Shown here: in pieces, positions 22,215 through 25,430 of the stretch
Position numbering within the stretch: the stretch's first letter is position 1
Layout of the letters: every line of letters starts with the position of its first letter
NCBI RefSeq assembly: GCF_004010195.1
Contig: NC_057718.1
Coordinates: forward strand, 19,889,880-19,915,309
Direction of reading: 5' to 3'
DNA length: 25,430 nt
DNA from: Chiloscyllium plagiosum
Taxonomy: Eukaryota
Position numbers and translations under genes: made by a program
The notes under the pieces: generated by a model
The model's database searches: none
The model's input: the letters and a program-made list of their open reading frames with translations, nothing else
Told to the model about the DNA's origin: nothing

Positions 22215-22684
22215 GTGGAATTTAATGCCCTTCTTTGCAGCATGTTTGGAGCACAGGGGAAAATTGTCTGGCACTCAGCACCAGATTGAGGAATTGAGTA
22301 TCATGGGGGGGGATGGGGGGGGGGGGGGGGAGAGGAAAGAGTTACTGCTGCTGAAAGCTACCTCCTGACCTTTCTGTAGATGACTCCACACCTCCCCATA
22401 ACCCTTATTCCACACACTCCCCTATGGATTGAGTCTCTGGTGGACATATTGTTGGTATCTGTCACCACTTCTGCTGGTCCTGTCCACAATGGGTAGATGC
22501 TGACTGATTGGCTGTCAGATCACAAGAGTGGGGCAGAGGCTGGATTCCATTTCCAGCCCTTTGGGCAAAGCCTTCTGCTGCCCAGTTAAATTTCTGATCG
22601 GCACTTTAGCCATTCTCAGAGGAAGTAACAAGGCCAGCTCTCCAGGATGTGGGTAAGACCTTTCTTGACTGGATTAAATTCCAC
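22215..22684. mobile_element. Possible MITE (terminal inverted repeats) with internal G tracts
   Basis: GTGGAATTTAAT (22215-22226) is inverted to ATTAAATTCCAC (22673-22684) around a GC-richer interior. G8-AT-G16 at 22305-22330. Confidence 0.45.
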
Positions 22685-23183
22685 CCCATATGTCAAAATC
22701 CTGACATCAGACAAAACTTACCTCAGTGTTTTGAACCATTCTTCCCCTTGTGTTGCTATCACAACTAACTCAAATTAGTAACACAAGTGCTGGCAGTAGA
22801 AAATTGAGCCAGAAATGCAAAAAGTCTATTTGCACAAAATATATACCATTTATAAATTCAGAATGTAGATTATAAAATGGATAATTCTGTTCATTCTTTT
22901 CACATATATCTACAAGTCCATGACTAAAAGTTGACTGTAGTGATGGCCTCCTTTTACTTATCACAGATTCAAAATCATTTTTATGACATGGAAATTTACT
23001 TGCTTTATCCAGTCAAAAACCTGACCTTTAAGTAGATTTCACAGCACTATCTTACAATGACAAATCACCTATGTAAATGTTATATGTTTATCTTTGCTGT
23101 ACAAAGCAGAAGTTAGTTTTACAGGATTGCTGAACAAACCCAGCTTTATTTGAACACAAATGACCTCCAATCTCTTTCCTTAC

Positions 23184-23345
23184 CTTTCCATCATTGTAAA
23201 GGTTTGGGTTAAATCGTACACTGTGTCCTCCTGTGGTTTCCAGGTTTACAAGTGGAGGAGAATTTGGATAATCTTGGGGAAAATATACATCAAATTCAAA
23301 ACAACCATTTGCATAAGGTGTATCGGATGGTCCTGTGATAAGAAC
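23184..23345 (-). CDS. BIRC6: BIRC6 coding exon, UBC domain: [54 protein letters not shown]
   Basis: 162 nt / 54 codons. Acceptor tcttccctctatcag|GTT, donor AAG|gtaagg. Translation is near-identical to the recalled vertebrate BIRC6 UBC domain, with NPN in place of the usual E2 HPN motif. The upstream exon lies outside the window. Confidence 0.97.
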
Positions 23346-23884
23346 CTGATAGAGGGAAGAATGAGTCATCAAAACCAAACTAATTCCAGCATATTTATTG
23401 ACAGTTTACCTTCTAAATTTTCAGAGAAAGCTGACATACATTAAGAAATAATTGCATAAATCTAACACAACATCTCCAGAAACTGATTATAAAATTTAAT
23501 TGTCATTGAAACCCAATAATGCAGCAACTTCTAAAATCATATCTTCTGTCACATCCAGTGTTGTATAATGTGATAGTGCTGAAAGGATTCATATTGAAAA
23601 CTGGATTAAGTTCCACACAATTGAATGAGGTCATATAGCCTTGGGTGGAGAGAAGATTCCAACTCCTTTTGGCCCTGATGAAGCTAAATTGCCATCATTG
23701 TCTCCTGATTATTTTATTTATCATGAGCAACTAGCCAATGTAAGGTGTACCTGATTGCTATAATGTAATAAAGTACAACTTGTGAAACCAAGTATTTCTT
23801 CTCATTAAAATTCACTTGGGATTCAGCCTTTACCAGTATTAACCAAATCGGCTCTTGGGACTCAGTATAAAAAGGTTGAAGATG

Positions 23885-24080
23885 ATGGTGCAATGGTAGT
23901 GTCCTATCTTGGAGCAAGGAGGCCTGAATTCAGGATTCATCTGTTTTAAAGGTGTGTACTAACATCGCTGAACAAGTTGATTAGAAAATAGTAAGATAAG
24001 CACTCCTATAGTGTAATGGTACTGACCACCTCTGAGTAAAGTTACCTGGGTTCACGTCCCACCTGCTCCAAAAGGTGTGT
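23885..24080 (+). mobile_element. Two adjacent copies of the short tRNA-derived SINE
   Basis: TGGTGCAATGGTAGTGTCC...GAACAAGTTGATTAGAAAATA and TAGTGTAATGGTACTGACCACCTCTGAG..GGGTTCACGTCCCACCTGCTCC. Homologous to 1432-1545. Confidence 0.55.
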
Positions 24081-24087
24081 TTTTTAA

Positions 24088-24405
24088 AATTCATTCATGG
24101 GAATATAATTGCCCAGACTGTAATTTATTGCCCATCTCAGAGGATTCTTTGTGGGTCTGCAGTCACATATAGTTCAGACCAGGTGAAGATGGCAGTTTCC
24201 TTCCCTAAAGGACATCAGTGAACCAGATGGGTTTTTTTCTCGACAACTGACAATGGCTTTGTGGTCATCAGACCCTTAATTCCAAATTTTTATTGAATTC
24301 AAGTTTACCATTTGCTATGGTAGAATTCAAACCCAGCCTCCAGATCATTATCTGGATCTCTGGATTAACAGTGCAGTGATAATACCAGTAGGCCATTGTC
24401 TTCCC
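24088..24405 (-). mobile_element. tRNA-derived SINE, second family
   Basis: TTTATTGCCCATCTC...GACCAGGTGAAGATGGCAGTTTCCTTCCCTAAAGGACATCAGTGAACCAGATGGG... Confidence 0.8.
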
Positions 24406-24439
24406 ATTGATGTTTAACATTTAACAATATAAAAATATC

Positions 24440-24533
24440 TTGTGGTGCAGCGGCAATGTCCTACCTCTAAGCCAGCAGGCTCGGGTTCAAGTCCAGGTGT
24501 ATCATAAGATGAGTGAACTGGTTAATTAAAAAT
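24440..24533 (+). mobile_element. Short tRNA-derived SINE, host of the palindromic insertion
   Basis: TGGTGCAGCGGCAATGTCCTACCTCTAAGCCAGCAGGCTCGGGTTCAAGTCC...GAACTGGTTAATTAAAAAT. Confidence 0.6.
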
Positions 24534-24730
24534 GGGGTAAAAACAATGACTGCAGATGCTGAAAACCAGATTCTGGATCAGTAGTGCTGGAAGAGCACAG
24601 CAATTCAGGCAGCATCCGACGAGCAGCAAAATCGACGTCTTTTACTCCTGATGAAGGGCTTTTGCCCGAAACGTCAATTTTGCTGCTCGTCGGATGCTGC
24701 CTGAATTGCTGTGCTCTTCCAGTACCACTG
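24534..24730. mobile_element. Palindromic Penelope-like short insertion with hammerhead core (+ strand 24648-24675) and TSD
   Basis: 60-bp inverted arms 24579-24638 and 24671-24730 (3 mismatches). Core CTGATGA-A-GGGC-TTTT-GCCC-GAAA-CGTC. ACTGGTTAATTAAAAAT is repeated at 24517-24533 and 24727-24743. Confidence 0.85.
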
Positions 24731-25147
24731 GTTAATTAAAAATACCTATATCGAGGAAGAAGGGTGGCATTGCAAGGGGTGCATCTTCACCCTGGTAAAA
24801 ATAATTTTGTTTAATTTTGGTAAGTTTCGTTAGCAGTTTTTGTTACAGTGCCCCATGAAGGCCTGTCTAGCTTGATTTAGGTTTTAGTTTTATAAAGAGT
24901 AAACAGGGACACACCCCTATGGCACAGTGGTTGTATCCCCACCTCTTTAGTTTCATATAAATGGTGCTGATTTAACTGTACTAATACTAGATGGCTGCAA
25001 ACCATGGTTCATTACAACATGAAGTTCACCTTTTAATTAAAGCAAACATTTCAGCTTTTATCCTTATCCTCAATACATTAATGAATGGAAATTAAAACAA
25101 AACTTTTAAACATAACATTTATTCATATTGCAAGATACTTAATAGTA

Positions 25148-25430
25148 AGAACATAGAACATAGAAGAAAACAGCGCAGTACAGGCCCTTCGGCCCTCGAT
25201 GTTGCACCGATCCAAGCCCACCTAACCTATACTAGCCCACTATCCTCCATATGCCTATCCAATGCCCGCTTAAATGCCCATAATGAGGGAGAGTCCACCA
25301 CTGCTACTGGCAGGGCAGTCCATGAACTCACGACTCGCTGAGTAAAGAACATACCCGTACCATCTGTCCTATACCTACCCCCCCCCCTTAATTTAAAGCT
25401 ATGCCCCCTCATAATAGCTGACTCCATACG
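25148..25430 (-). mobile_element. CR1/HER1-like LINE 3' end (relatively young), running off the window
   Basis: ORF 25227-25427 reads RGHSFKL..FFTQRVVSSWTALP..AFKRALDRHM. Tail GGGCCGAAGGGCCTGTACTGCGCTG plus terminal (TTCTATG)n repeats. CpGs are retained. Confidence 0.9.

Noticed and set aside
23160..23444. 94-aa + strand ORF
   Set aside because: Antisense shadow of the UBC exon.
1..25430. CRISPR array, operon or other prokaryotic/phage system
   Set aside because: There are no regularly spaced repeats or long ORFs. The window is a spliced vertebrate gene with SINEs and LINEs.

Overview
Eukaryotic (vertebrate) genomic DNA. The HE1-type V-SINEs and CR1/HER1-like LINEs point to a cartilaginous fish, most likely a shark. 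The minus strand carries the last five coding exons of BIRC6 (BRUCE/Apollon): 23345-23184, 21778-21701, 18363-18175, 10178-10044 and 6744-6559. All four internal introns are phase-0 GT-AG. These exons encode most of the C-terminal UBC (E2) domain, including the catalytic Cys, plus the acidic tail, and are followed by an AU-rich 3' UTR with several AATAAA signals. Introns and flank are filled with SINEs, LINE remnants, a Penelope-like remnant and MITE-like elements. The most notable non-obvious structure is a set of short palindromic insertions, three of four with target-site duplications, carrying minimal type-I hammerhead-ribozyme cores (CUGAUGA-stemII-GAAA-palindromic stemIII). One has an intact core on the BIRC6 sense strand in the last intron, inside an 81-bp hairpin. 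There is also an ungapped 181-bp local duplication that brackets a candidate distal poly(A) site. No prokaryotic features are present, and most listed ORFs are spurious. All family assignments come from recalled consensus sequences, not database searches.
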